A DNA stretch of 64,000 nt from the human T2T-CHM13v2.0 reference genome, Homo sapiens. The stretch is taken from NCBI RefSeq assembly GCF_009914755.1, contig NC_060927.1. One strand, 5' to 3'. The notes beneath the pieces are model-generated. The model did no database searches and was not told the DNA's origin. It saw nothing but the letters and a program-made list of their open reading frames with translations. Positions 31,723 to 51,894 of the stretch are shown here, piece after piece; position 1 is the first letter of the stretch, and every line of letters starts with the position of its first letter. The translations under genes were made by a program, and so were the position numbers.

Positions 31723-32299
31723 CTGGATGTCTTTTTGAAAGTAGAGCTTACAGGATATGCTGACTGATTAGACCGGAGATGTCACAGCATGGTGTCAAAG
31801 CGACTAATATTTTTGGCTAGAATCACTAAAGTTTACATTTATGAGATGGATAAGACTGTGGAAGGTTTGGGGAAGAAGATCCGAAGCTCAGTTTTGGACC
31901 TGTTAGGTTCAACATGCCTCTTAACACATCCAAGCAGAATGGTCAAGGATGCAGTCTTCCACATGGACAGGACATGAAATGTCTGACATCGAACAATAAC
32001 AAATAACATTTTGACATGAGGAAAAGTATTTGTAATTGTAATTGATAGTTCATTCACTATAATTTGTCCACGTTCTTTTTCAGGCCATGTCATATATATA
32101 CCTATTAATATTTGTAATAGACAATTTTGCTCTTTTCTACTTAAATTGTTATATACATTTCTCCACATTGCTTTATAGGCCTAACAACCATGTTTAAATT
32201 CTGTATCTTCATACAGAGGTAATATTTAAAAAAGAAGACGAAGACAAAAGGACTCCCTTCCCTCACCCATATACCTATGCCGTCTTACTGGGAGCAAAC

Positions 32300-32830
<531 letters not shown>

Positions 32831-33513
32831 TCCCTAGGGTTTAATCAACTAAAAGTGTCTGTCACTCAGATACTTTGATATTTTATCCACCTTTTCTAAG
32901 GTTTTTTTTTTTTTTTTTTGCCTCTCTTTTCCCGTGAATAATTGTGCATTTTGGATGTGCAGTCCTATAGGGAAAGGTTTATATTGTATCTTCATTCCAT
33001 CTAATAGGGATCCCCATCCCCTGCCACCAGAGTAAAGTTAAAACAAGCTTCATGAATTGTTTTTGTTTGGAGGGAATTGGAAATCTTTGGGGGCTGTCTT
33101 GGAGCTACTAGCATCACTGCATAGAGCATATAAGTTCTCAAACATATTTGTCATCTGTGAACTACAATAAAGGAGAAAGGGAAAAAAATTAAGTTAAATT
33201 TAAGCTAAAATTTGTATTTTCTATTAAAGTATTTTTTGGAGCTGTCTTTGTGATTTTATCTGCCCCAGTGTGTATTTTCAAATCTGCAGTAAAAAGTGTC
33301 TCCCATTTTAATTAAATTTAACTTATTCATTAATTAATTTTAAAAGAATACGTCTTTACTGTCTTGTTTTGAAGTCTGTCCTCTGATTACAAGAGTTCCA
33401 GGCTTAAAGGTTTCCCCTGGTGCCTTTCTCAAGCTATCTCATATCCAGTGAGATTTCTTGGAGGAATAATGTCCACCATACTCCTTTTAATTGTCTGTTG
33501 TTCTCTCTTATAA

Positions 33514-33717
<204 letters not shown>

Positions 33718-34085
33718 TGATTCCGGATTAATTAGAACCAGATTTTAATTGTTTTGTTGCTATTATTTAATAAAGCTTATAAACCTGAAAGATTAAAACA
33801 ATGGTAACAGCGGACTTTTGACAGTTAGGCTTATCTGAAAGTTGCTTAAGTTAAGTATCTGTGTTCTGGTTTTATTTTTATTTTTTATAGAAGAGGTCTC
33901 ACTTTGTTGCTCAGGCTGGTCTCAAACTCTTGGGCTCAAATTATCATCCTGCCTCAGTCTCCCACAGTGCTGGGATTATAGGCATGAGCCACTGCACCTG
34001 GCAACTGTTTCCATTTCAGTTAAGATTTCTTTCCTTCTTGGAATGCAGGGACAGAGAAAGTCTGAATTGCTGTGCTTGTGTTTAG

Positions 34086-34301
<216 letters not shown>

Positions 34302-34563
34302 TGATTGTCAAATACTCAAAAGTGTAACACTGAATTCCTATTAAAGAAGACTAACTTAGGACCTAGAGCACTTCATCCTTATGTAGTTTTCTTGAAAATT
34401 TGTGCAAGTAAATTGTGAGTAGGCAGATTCTTGCCTTTTATATATTCTAGCTGATTCTAAAGGTGCCTGTGCCCTAGTATTTTCTTGAAGTGATCTTGCC
34501 AGGCCCTGCACCTAAGGGTTGGTGAATAGTATTGGTGAGCTCAGGAATCTACATTCTTATTAG

Positions 34564-34869
<306 letters not shown>

Positions 34870-36411
34870 TAATGAGCCTTAGAATAAACAAAGAGGATGT
34901 GATGATCTAGACAGCAAACCTTATATCCAAAAGGGTGATTAATTCACTGTCATTAAACTTTATTCTTAAATTTAGTTTTTTAAATATATTTATGTGAGTT
35001 AGTAAGTGGAACACTGATTTTAGTAAATTGGCTTGTGGTATGATCTCATCAACTACCTTATCTCTAAAATGGGGACAATATTACTTAAATTCTAGGGAGG
35101 TTGAAGATGAATTCAGAAAACAGTCTGACCGTTTATACTGTTTTGCTATTATGAGAGAAGTTATAATCTAGATTCTAAAAATACCTTGTGTTTTATTTAG
35201 ACAAAAGATCATCTTTGGTTTTAATTTTTCCTTGAAGCATTTTAATTAATGCCCTTAAGTAGTTTGCCATAGAGATGAGATTTTCTTGTTTTCAGACGGA
35301 AACATATTTTCTAGGACAACAGTAACACTTCCTTTCTGTACCAGATAGAACCAGTAGTATTTATAGCATTTTAAATTTTACACAATATTATATATTTCAC
35401 AAAGCCTTTAAAAAGAGTCAGAATTTCACTTTTCACCTTTTGTAGATGTGCACGTGTAGCTGTAGAGCTCATACTTACGTTTCACATGGCATAGTTGATG
35501 GATATGTAGGTGTAAAGTTTATGGTAGTGGACAGGCTGAGAATGGTGTATCTGATGACAAAAAATCTGATGGAAGTGATATATTTGATATGAAAGTGAAC
35601 ATTTTCTTAGTTGGGTGTTTATAACTTTTTTTTGGTAAATTGTTTTTAGTTTTTATCCTTATTTTACTTATGCTTGGCAATAGATGGTCTTTTTTCCCCA
35701 AATCTTCTTCTGAATTCCAAGGAAACACTGTTTTAGCATTTATTTGATTACTTTGGTTCATTCTTTTCTCCACTCCCATTTATTTGTTTTCCATTTTGTA
35801 ACTTCTATAAAGCAGATAAAAATCTGGAACTTCTAGATCTGACCTTCATGCCTTGTCTTTTCTATGGTACTTATTCTTTCTGTCTCCTTCTCATTTTGGA
35901 TTGGGCTTATGAGAGAAATCTTGGGGTTGATCTTCCAGCTCACTAATTTGATATTCATTTGTGTCTCTTCAGTTACTTAGCTTGCCTGAAAACTTTTTTT
36001 TTCAGCAATTGTGTACTTAATTTTCATAAACTTTCTCTTTCCTTGCAACATTTTTATCAGTAGAGGTAATTGTTTCTCAAATCTTTACATTTTATTTTCT
36101 TTCCTCTAGTAACTCTCTTCTTGGAGGTAAGTGCTATTAAGTTCACATTTCTCTTTCAAGCTTTTGGTTTCCTTCAAATATTTGGTGATTCTTAGATCTT
36201 TAACCATAGTTATAGATGGGAGTCTAGAGTCTAGACTAAACAGTGGTAGCTAGAGCATATTCTTTTCCAGTGAGGATTCTTGCCAGTGAATGCAGTTTCT
36301 ATTCAGTTTTGAGCCTGGGCCGGGCGCGGTGGCTCACACCTGTAATCCCAGCACTTTGGGAGGCCGAGGCGGGTGGATCACCAGGTCAGGAGTTCAAGAC
36401 CAGCCTGGTCA

Positions 36412-36597
<186 letters not shown>

Positions 36598-36938
36598 TCA
36601 AAAAAAAAAAAAAAAAAAAAAAGAGGTGGGCTCAGCTATCCTACTATTTAATTTCCTGGCTAGCCCTCCATTATCTGTTCTTCCCCCTTCTGCTTTTGAT
36701 CCAGTGTATCTGGGGATCTGATGGTAAAACAGTTATTCTGGAGTTCTTTTTGTTGCCTAAATGGGTTTGTGGCTTCCTGAGCTCCTTGAGTTACGTTGTC
36801 AGTCTGTTCCCAGCTGCTTTATATTTTCTGTTCTGACCTGATGGTAACACCCTTCTCAGTTCTCCAGTGTCTGCCACTGATTTTTTAAAATATTCATTTT
36901 GTCATTTCAAAGGGATTAGGGGAGAAGAAAAAAGGTAA

Positions 36939-37079
<141 letters not shown>

Positions 37080-37661
37080 TAAGTGCTAAAAATACATTAT
37101 TAAAATTTTAAATTTTAAAAAGCATTAAAAAGAAGGAAAGGATAAGTTCATCAAACGCAGAGTAACTATCTTTTTGAAATGCGACTGCAAGAATACTCTG
37201 AGATGGTTTTGTTTTAATACCTTTAATCCTAGTCGCTCCCCATTTTATTTAGTATTTATTCTGTGAGAGACTATGTTACTTTTTGGGTAATATACCCATA
37301 TCACATTATGGCATGCATGGTGTGGTAGAAGGAGGCCTTCAGTTTGGGTTAGTAAATTTGGGTTAGTGAATGTATTGTATCTTTTTGCACTTGTTCATTT
37401 ATTCATTCATTCTGTGGACTTTTATAGAGCAGCTGCCAGGTCTGGGGTATTGTGATAAAAATTAGGAAGAAAATAGAGATCATAAATATTTGCTCTTCCT
37501 GCTTTATAATTACATGGACAGAAAAGATTAATAAATTAAAACAGTTAAAATTGTACAAATGTGGTTTGGGAAATGCAAGAAATAAGTTGGTAACTTTTTG
37601 ATGTGGTATTTGGTCCATCAGCTCTTGAGTGACCTTTACCTACAAAGTACTGTAATTGCCT

Positions 37662-37850
37662 GGTAGTTATCAAACCTTAGCGTTGTTCATAACAATCCCC
37701 TGGAGACTTTGTTAAAAGACATAGTCCTGGCTCTACCTCCAGAGATTCTGATCAGTAGATTGGGGTGGGGCCCGTAGTTTGCATTTCTGGAAGGTTTCCA
37801 GTTGATGCTGCTCTTACAGGTCTGCAGACCACACTTTGAGTGACACTGAT
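37662..37850. mobile_element. MER5A-like hAT MITE
   Basis: cagagattctgat...ccacactttgagt motif. Confidence 0.7.
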
Positions 37851-37925
37851 CTAGACAATGTGAGGAGTCATAAATGATCCTTTGTTCTGAGGAGTGACCT
37901 CTGTAGCCTGGTCGTTTCTCCACAG

Positions 37926-37982
37926 GCACTTCCTGAGGGATTTCCTTCCTCTGCTATGGAATTGGGATCGCAGGTCTGGCAG
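37926..37982 (+). CDS. GFM1: GFM1 alternative/cryptic 57-nt in-frame exon (+19 aa)
   Basis: tttctccacag|GCAC...GGCAG|gtgggc; reads HFLRDFLPLLWNWDRRSGS in phase with no stop. Confidence 0.7.
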
Positions 37983-38724
37983 GTGGGCGAATGGCATTGT
38001 GATCAGTGAACTATAGAATTTATCTTCATCAGCCATCTTGTAAGCAGGAAAAGGATGGAGTCTGTCCAGTGGATAAGGTGTTTCTCTCACTTTTTATGTA
38101 ACAACTGAGTAATGACAACAAAGTTTACCTACCACTCCTTAGGATATAAGGCCCAGTAAGGCAGAGTTTTTGTTTTTCTTTTTTCCTACTTTATTCACTG
38201 CTATGTCCCAGCCCCTAGAACAACTAGTTACAACTAGGCAGTTGTAACTGCCTAGTACATAATAGGGACTCAAAAATATTTGTAAATGAATGAATAAATC
38301 CACTTTCCCAGAATTACCAAGGCACATATTTCTGTTGTCAGAAGTAGAGACTCTTAAACTTTGTTGTACATCAGAACCACAGATGCAGCATCTTAATGTA
38401 CATGTCCCCTTCCCCAGCCCTAGTTTACTGTATGTGTATTTGGAAAGGAATCCACAGATGATTCTGACATGTGAAAGGCTAAGAAGCAGGGAGCTTGCCA
38501 GGAAGGTTGAAATTAAAATCTGAAAGTTGTGGGGAGTCTTAGAATATTAAGTGTTACTTTTTGTTGGAAATGGCTTCTTTTGTCTTTATTAAAGTTAGGA
38601 ATGTGTTTTCTGAAAAGCTTACTTTTTGATATTAATTTCCATTTTTAAAGAAATAACTTGAGGCCAGGCGCAGTGGCTCACGCCTGTAATCCCAGCACTT
38701 TGGAAGGCCGAGGTGGGCAGATCA

Positions 38725-38985
<261 letters not shown>

Positions 38986-40016
38986 TCAGACTGCTTTTAA
39001 ATATCATGTCAAGTATATCCATTTTGGCTTTGAACATTTTATTTGTAATTTTACCTGTTCAACCTCTGGTGTAATGGAGAACTGATGTCACAGATTGAAG
39101 AGTCTGTCATATTTAGTCACCGTTTTTTTAAACTACAAATTGGGATATTCTTTGTTAAAAAGTATATGATCAGGTCTGTTATTAATGGAAAGGAATAGAG
39201 TAAGGTCTTCCTAGTACTGCTTACTAGAGATTGTTATGTTGTGATTAATAAGAATATGATTAATACAATTTCAAAGAACTCAGATGGGCCCTAGGCAGGT
39301 TGGCTTTGAATCTTACCTCTTCTGTTTACTAGTAGGACAGCCTTGGGCAAATTACTTTGCCTGTGTAAGTTAGTTTCCTGATCTGAAAATGCAGATAATA
39401 GAAGCTACTTCATATGTGAAGATCAAATAAATAACTTGTCACATATTTAGTTTAGCGCTTACTGCATTATAAGTATTCAGTAAATGGATGCTGTTATTAC
39501 TTTGCATGCCTGCCAGTTTTAAAATAATTAGAGTACAGTAAAAACTACACTGAAGAGTTTAAACTTTGATTTAGGTGATACTTTGTCAAGTCATTGTTTT
39601 GAACTTGTATTTTACTGTATATTGAGTAAGGATAAACCAGGTTGCATTAAATTGGGAAGATTTTGTGTTATATATTTTATCATTTTCTTCTGTAAAACTT
39701 GATATGCAGAAAAGTAGAATGTGATGTCTATTATAAAACCAGAGATTTTTTTTTTCTCATTATAGTGGACTGTTTTAGCTCTTCCGGTTACTGGTAGTAC
39801 AACCTTGACCTTAAACTTGCCTATTTCAGTATATTTATCTACTATTCTGTGTACATTTTAAAGGTATACATTAGTCTTATTTGCCATTTGAATGCAAATG
39901 TATCAGAGCTCTTTGTTACCTAAAAAAATATTTTAACCATTAATCATATATTTTTCATTAGTCCTTCATATATTAAGTTGAATATCCTTAAAGCACCAAA
40001 ATATTTGCTTTCTTAG

Positions 40017-40167
40017 TCAGATTGTTCGATATGGTGAGATTCCAGCTGAATTAAGGGCGGCGGCCACTGACCACCGGCAGGAGCTAATTGAATGTGTTGC
40101 CAATTCAGATGAACAGCTTGGTGAGATGTTTCTGGAAGAAAAAATCCCCTCGATTTCTGATTTAAAG
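40017..40167 (+). CDS. GFM1: GFM1 exon 6 (GC donor)
   Basis: QIVRYGEIP...SDLK; donor AAG|gcaagt. Confidence 0.93.
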
Positions 40168-41230
40168 GCAAGTGCTTTCAAAATAAGTCTTATGTTAACA
40201 ACAAAAAGAAGTCGTTTGTTTTTTGTAGGGAGGGGACATGATGCTTTTATGTATGGGCTTTATTAATGAAATCTCAATACATTTATTTAACATAATTGGC
40301 TTCCTCAAAAAATACTTGACATGGTATACTTTTTTTTAAGTGAGTTATGTAATAACTTCAAATGAGAAAAGTTATTGAGGACCCTTAAATTATTGGGGAC
40401 CTGATTTTAGTCTCTATTAGAGCCAGCACTCCAAAGAGTGTCAGTTCATTTTATTCATTTGTTGGTTGTGGCCACAGCACTATTGTTGGCCTCTTCCAGC
40501 TGCTAGAGCTAAAGCTCCACTACGTATTCTCTAAGGCCTGCTCAGCCAGCAGGACACATTGATGGTGTTTGCACTAAGGGCTGGGGCAGGACCTGGAGCT
40601 GCTACTGTCATGACCTGTAATTTATGAGAGATTTGTACTGTTTGGCTTCCTGTGTGTATGTTCTTTACAAAAAGAAAAAGATAAGTTAAATGTTTCGTAA
40701 TAGAGCATACGTTCATATGGTTTAAATATTTAAAAGGTATACAAAGGTAAACAGTAAACACCCTTTTATTTTTTTCTTCCATCTGCCCAGTTCTCTTCCC
40801 TGTCCCTGAAACAGGTTACCAGTTAATAGCTTCTGGTGTACCATTCCATAGGCTTTTGGTTTTGCGTATATATTACTTTTTCCTCTATTTTGTACAATTG
40901 TAGCGTACTGTTTGCAGTGTTCTATTAGTGTGTCTATTTTCTATGTGTATATGTATTTTTTTTTAGCAAATTGAAAATTAGTGAGAATTAGTGATTCCAA
41001 GAGTGTCGAAAGCAGTTGTATAGTAAATCACTTCCCAGCCCTGAAGAAGAAAGTGATTTTTTTCTTTGTATTTTGACCTTAAGTTCATTGGAGACCTGAT
41101 TTTAGTCTCTATTAGAGTCAGCACTCCAAAGAGTAGAGTATCAGTTCATTTTATTCATTTGTTTGTAGTTGACTTGAAGCACAACATGTAATTTTAACAT
41201 TAACTACCATTAAATTGTTTTCTTTTGTAG

Positions 41231-41389
<159 letters not shown>

Positions 41390-42445
41390 TAAGTCTTGAA
41401 AATTGAATCTTAGTTTATGCAGAAATACTTTCGTATTTATGCACTGTGAAGGAATTTAAGGATAGTTCTTTTAATTATGTCTGTGATTTTTTTTCATAAT
41501 TTACAATCATGGTTTTTATTTGGGTAACAATTTTGACGTATAGAAAAATATTTATTATACTAGTTCCTATATCATATTCTGTTTTGAGTTGGAAGTATGA
41601 TTTGTTTTACTCTCTCTCAAGGTTTACATCATTAGAAAATTTTCTCATTTGGGACTAGCTGTTTTCAGACATACTGTTAAAAAAAAAAAAGTTTTAAGAA
41701 ACAAACTTCTGCCAGGCGCAGTGGCTCACGCTTGTAATTCCAGCACTTTGGGAGGCCAAGGCGGGCGGATCACCTGAGGTTGGGAGTTTGAGACCAGCCT
41801 GACCAACATGGAGAAACCCCGTCTCTACTAAAAATACGGAAATTAGCCGGGTGTGGTGGTGTGCACCTATAATCCCAGCTACCCAGGAGGCTGAGGCAGG
41901 AGAATCACTGGAACCTGGCGGGGCAGAGGCTGCAGTGAGCTGAGATTGCACCACTGCACTCCAGCCTGCCTGGGTGACAGAATAAGATTCCAAAAAAAAA
42001 AGAAACAAACTGCAAAAGAAACTCATTGGTTATGTTTTCTTTTCTTTCCCTATGAGACCATTTCTGTGTTTTTTAGTGTACTTTTGTCCTATCACTATGT
42101 AGTAACTAAGCTAAGCTCTAAAGACCTTTTTTTTTTTTTTTTTTTTTTTTTGTTGAGACAAAGTCTTGCTCGGTTTCTAGGCTGGAGTGCAGTGGTGCAG
42201 TAATAGCTCACCACAGCCTCGAACTCCTGAGCTCAAGTGATCCTCTCACTTCTGTTTCCCAAAGTGTGGGCATTATAGGCATGAGCCACTATGCCCAGCT
42301 GAGAACTTATTTCTATTGATCTCTTTCAGTGAAATTTTACTTATGTGTGACAGCAGTAATATCCCACACACGTGCTTTTTCTCAGATAATACTTCCTGAT
42401 GAAATAAATTGATATAAAAGAAATATCATATATTACATCTCATAG

Positions 42446-42628
<183 letters not shown>

Positions 42629-43108
42629 TGACTCTGACTTTTATGAAAGATTTGGAAAATAGGAAAGTAGAAAGAGCAGGTAGAGAATTTCCAAAGCTCT
42701 GACATGATAGTTCTTTTGTTATTAGGTGCATTTCTTTCTAGTCTCTTCTCTTTGCCTGAAGAGTGTAAATTTTTACCTAAATCATACTACCTGTATAGTT
42801 TTGTCCTGCTCTTTTTATTTAATGTCACAGTAGATAATGGTCCATGTTTCTATAAATAGTTTAAGCATTTTAAATAGTAGCATAACAGTGCATCAAGTAG
42901 ATACACCAAAATTTGCTTAAAATTTCCTAATTGTTAGATGTTTATATTGTTTCCAGGTTTCTACTGTTATAAATAACATTGGGTCCATTTCTAGAAATAT
43001 GTCCTAAGGAACTAATGAAGGGTAGCGAATTAATGTTAGCTTCAGCTCACCTTATAAAACCAAAATCTCGCAAACAATTGAAAATGCCCAGCCAGTCGCA
43101 GTGGTTCA

Positions 43109-43435
<327 letters not shown>

Positions 43436-43559
43436 TTACAATTTGATAAATAAACTGAGGTACATTCTTATAGTACAACATTATTCAGACTTTAAAAATT
43501 ATGTTGAAATGCCTATTTTTGACATGAAAAGATGTTTATGATTTAAAAAGAAACAAACT

Positions 43560-46305
<2,746 letters not shown>

Positions 46306-46843
46306 TGAACTCCTGACCTCAGGTGATCCGCTCGCCTCTGCCTCCCAGAGTGCTGGGATTACAGGCCTGAGCGACCAGCCCAGCCACAGAACTCTTACTC
46401 ACATAATTTTCCACGTGATTGTCAGAGATTGTGTTTTAGATGTATAGCACACACCTACTGTTTCTAATAGTATCTTTGTTGTTTTTCCAAGTATACCTTT
46501 TTTTTGTTTTATATCTTATTGTATTAAACTTATGAAATGTTAGAAGGCAAAAGATACTTCCTTATTATGTAAACAACTTAAAAATTTTGTTCTAATGTAA
46601 TAGCTTATTTCAAAGGAAACAGAAATGTCTTAGATTGTGATACCAAAAGGATTGATGAATAACAGCCATTTATCTTATCTGTGTTCAAAGCTAGTATTAG
46701 TTTATGACAATAAACTGAAATATGTAAGATAGATTACTAAAATTGGTAGAGAATACTTGGAGGGAGTTATGAAGCTTTCCTCAATACTTTGATTATTATG
46801 TTTCTTTTTATTCTTCCTGCCCTTACCCAATCTTGACTTCTAG

Positions 46844-46999
<156 letters not shown>

Positions 47000-48162
47000 T
47001 GAGATTAGAAATTCCTCTGATGTGGGTGAAATAGACCCTTCTTGGTATCCTGAGCCCCACTAGAAAATTAATTCTGGTTAAATATATGTTTCTAGTTTCT
47101 TTCTACTTAAATGTGTTGTAGCTCTGATCTAGCACTTTGCTATAGGATAAATTAGCAGTTGTTAACTCATTTTTTTTAATACCGCTAGTTGTGAATTAGC
47201 TATATTTTCTCAAGGGCCAAGGTTAAGGAAAGAGACAGTTCCCCAACACTCAGAATACAAGATTCAGCACTTTCCTCAAGAACTATTATTACAAAAAATG
47301 TAATAGGCATTTAAGACTGTGGAACTGTGATTCTTAAAGATAAGAGAATAATAAATTTACACAGTTTTCCACATTGTTTTATTTACCTTCTGAAATACGG
47401 CAGGCACAAAAGCCCTGTTTAACCCTAGAGCTTCTATTCCTGTTGTAGAACCCACTGCAGGACCATATTGGGGCCAGAATCCACCTGAAGATTTAAAAGC
47501 TTCAAGGGCTGATCTGGGAGATAAACTTTGACTTACGCCTTGAATTCTTGAGCTGGCTTGGAATCTGCTGTAGCCTTCTGTAGTCCTTATGGTTAGGCCT
47601 TGGAAGGAATACTGAGTGCCTGAATTTGTCCCCTACCCCCACCCTCTCCCAATCCATCTATATATTCCTGGAGAAATTTATCAGTTGAAGCAAAATCTTA
47701 ACGAATTTTTTGGTAGCCATAACTTTTGTTTCTTCTAGAAGAGGAATTGTCAGTCTGAAAACCCGACAGCGTTGCTGTTTTGTGAGATAGGCAGCAGGGG
47801 GCAGGCTAAGTGATTGTCATAGCTGTTTCATGGACCAGAAGCTGGAAGATTTGTACAGCTGTGTCACCATTAAAGAAAGACATGCTTACTCACAGCCACA
47901 GCTGTTGTGAATGAACTGTCAATGTAAAACGACAAAAACTAGGAAGCTTGGAGGCACCAATGCTTTGTTCTTAGATTTCCTGTGTTTTCTTGACTGCTTG
48001 CATCTGTGAGAAATTAAAATTATTTTTAGTACAGTGGGCTCCATTCTCCTACCTTTGTTTTCAAAACTTCCTTTACAGGTTTCCTGTAAAGGAAGAGTAT
48101 GTATGACAGAGTAGATCTCTGTCATACACAATCTCATTGTCTAACTGCGGCAACATATATAG

Positions 48163-48482
<320 letters not shown>

Positions 48483-48795
48483 TAATTCCATAGAAATAAC
48501 TTTAGAACCTTGAGGCACTGTGTTGTTAGTACTGCAGCTCCTTCAAGTAATGAGTTTTCTGTTTAAAGTAAAATCTTGTCTATTGATATATGGTTTAAAT
48601 GAAGGCCTTTTAAAAATACGTCTTAGCATGGTTGATTATTGTATTGGTTCTAGCTAATTCACTATAGAATTCAAGCAGAGAGATTCTGCCACGCTTTTTT
48701 ATATACAATGTGTGTACTGTACAGTTTACTTTTTAGTTACCACATCTTTATTTGTATTACTTGCAAATATAATTTTGTGTTATTTGTTTTTTTAG

Positions 48796-48957
<162 letters not shown>

Positions 48958-50549
48958 TAGTGCATTTAATACTTCAGAAAAACAACCACAGAAGTTTTCG
49001 TTGAGTACCACAGTCATCAAGTTAGTTGTGGCTCTTTGAATGTTGGTTATAGCTCTTTGAATGTCAATTAGACAAGTGCTCTGTAAGCTAACTTACCTGG
49101 TTTTTCATAGTAAAAAGGAAAACTTGGAGGATCCACAATCCTCCCAAGTTTAGCAAGGAGGAAATATCTCCACCAGATGGTACCTGGACAGTGTGGCTCT
49201 GATTCCTCCACCCTGAGACCTGCTTCCACACTTGGGGTGCATTTCTAATTGTTACCACTAACATCAAGCTAGTTTCAGTGGAGTGCTACTTCCTTATTAA
49301 CTCAGTAGCCAGAAAGTATACTGTTCCCTCAATCCCTTTTGAGACCAGACTGTAACATTTAGACTAGACTTGGGATAACAGAACATAACCAGGCTCAGAA
49401 GGCAATAGGCAATATGCAACTACAGAGTCTGACTTATATAAATAGCCTGCCCTTTGGAACTCAGAAGTCCCTTTTTATCATTGAGGGATTCTGAGGGAAG
49501 AGCATGCACAGGTAGCTCCTGCCTTTGAATTCCCTTCACTCACTCACCTTTTTTGCCTCTGTAGGAGAGCAAACTCTCTTACATTATGACCATCTGTTTA
49601 TGAGAGTGATCTCTTTTATGAATTCAGTAAAGAAAGAGTATGATGAGTACATAGGGTGACAGGTAATTTGCAGTGGGTCATTTACATAAGTACTGACCCA
49701 ACTCTAACAGAATAGCACTGTAATACTTCCTGCTATCTAATGATGAATTCATGATTTTATAGTTTAGTTTTTTTATCTGTAGTATCCTCTAATGTGTATA
49801 TTATTACCTGTTGATTTAAGACACTACAAAAAAAACATAAATCTATACAATTTTTGTTTGAGATCTAGATAAAAGGAATGTTTTCTAAGTATTATTGATA
49901 AGGCCTTCTCTAAGTACTGGTCATTAGCAACATGAAGTGATTGGTAGTTGTGGGAAGTGCTTACCAAGGCATTGAAACAAACAGGCCTTGGTTAGAGTCT
50001 CACCTTTGCCCTATACTACCTACTGGCCCTTAGCCAATTTGTTTTACCTTATTTCCAAGCCTTTAGTGACTGCATTCGTAAAATGGGGATAATACCTGCT
50101 TCTCAGAGTTGTAATTCATTAAATGAGGTGTCATGGGTATGAAGAATTTGGTGCCCTTTCTCTGTTTGCCTTATCAGTAATTGTATTATATTTTGATTAA
50201 ATAAAATAACTTAGAAGATTGCAACAGCCACCAAGCAATAAGAATTTCACATCTCAGTATTTGGATTAATTGTAGTGATTATGTTAAACAGGGCAATAAA
50301 TACATTCATTAATTTTATTTTGGGAAGGAGGAACCTATATAAGTAGATAGCTTTATTTATTTATTAATATGTTGTATTAATGTACTTATTTAATGCAAAA
50401 CAGATCAAGATATATGTTGTCTAGCCTAAAGACATAGGCTACTATTTATCCTTTGTTCTGTTGTAAAGTGGCACATTAAAATTAATCTATCCCTGACCCA
50501 TATGGGTCTGTTTTTTAATTCTTCTGTTTTCTTTTAAAAAATATTTTAG

Positions 50550-50606
50550 GAGTCAATTCATGTTCCTGATCCTGTCATTTCAATAGCAATGAAGCCTTCT
50601 AACAAG
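50550..50606 (+). CDS. GFM1: GFM1 exon 11
   Basis: ESIHVPDPVISIAMKPSNK. Confidence 0.95.
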
Positions 50607-51894
50607 GTAGGAGTTTGATTTAAAGCTCAGTATATCACAATTAAAACTTGAGCTCTTTTTCATCTATCTCTACAATGCACTTGATATCTTGTAATAACCA
50701 GCAGTCTTATGGTCTCTATTTCCTCTGTTGGTATTGAGATCTTCTTTTTAAATTTACCAGTCTGTTTCTAATGATAACTCCTCAGTATATTTGAAGAAAT
50801 GGATGGTATTAAAATATTCACCTGACTGTACTTTATAACTCTTTACTATATTGTTGGCTTCAGAGTGTTAAGTGTAACTTCCCGGATTCAGATCATACAC
50901 AATTGGAAAAGGGGAATCGGGCACTTCTCCTAAGTTGTAGTAAAACCCCACTATAAAGTACTTTAGAATGTTGAACTGATTAATTGACTCATGGGTTATA
51001 AAATAGCTCTAGGTTTTCTGGTAGTTATGAGGTAAATGTCTGAGTATTGCATGGAAAGCCTGTAAATAAGACTTTTTTCCACTTTGAAATATTTTTTAAG
51101 ATAATTTTATACTTTATAGTTTTATAATTGGGTTTGATGTAATTTAGCTTTTAATAAATCCAAAATTGCATGATTAGGTTTTGCATTTTCATTCTTTGCC
51201 ATGGGAATTAGTCTGATCTCAAACCATAACTTTTTAGTTCTTAAGTTGCCTTGGCATTCATAACAATCATGTTAATGTGGTATATTGAAATTCACTTATT
51301 CATACATTGAGTGAACTTTTTATGATTTGTTATACAGAACTTATTACAAAACATACTCTGATGAATTGTCACGTGTGATAATATCACTAACAGCTGCTAC
51401 TACTACATCTATTTTGAGGAACCTTGGGATTTTCCAGACCTTTTCTCAATATAGAAAAGAGAAAATTGAGGTGGCAGGAAATATTAAATTTCTCCATTTT
51501 CTCAGGAATTTGAGGAAAGGTGAACCTTACATCTTAACCTCAGTAGGATGCCATAGTTTATTCCAAGTACATTGTTAAAATTGCTTGCTTTTCTCTTTGG
51601 AAGTATGCAAGGTTAGAACTTATGCTTATGTATTATGCTTCTTCATTCCTAAATTCAGAGTTTATTTAAGGCATTTAACTGTTGATAATTTACAATAAGG
51701 AGGGAAATCAATGCTTCAATATCCAGAAGGTTTTTTGTTGTTTTGGGGTTGTGTATGCATTAAAAAGTTTAAAGATGGCTGCTTGCTGGAGTAAGTTAAT
51801 TTAAATCGAATAATGAAGTCTCCATGAGTCTCAATAGTGGGGGCAGGCATGATGTTTCTAATTTGAGAGTATCTGGCTTGTGCAGAAAAAAGGC

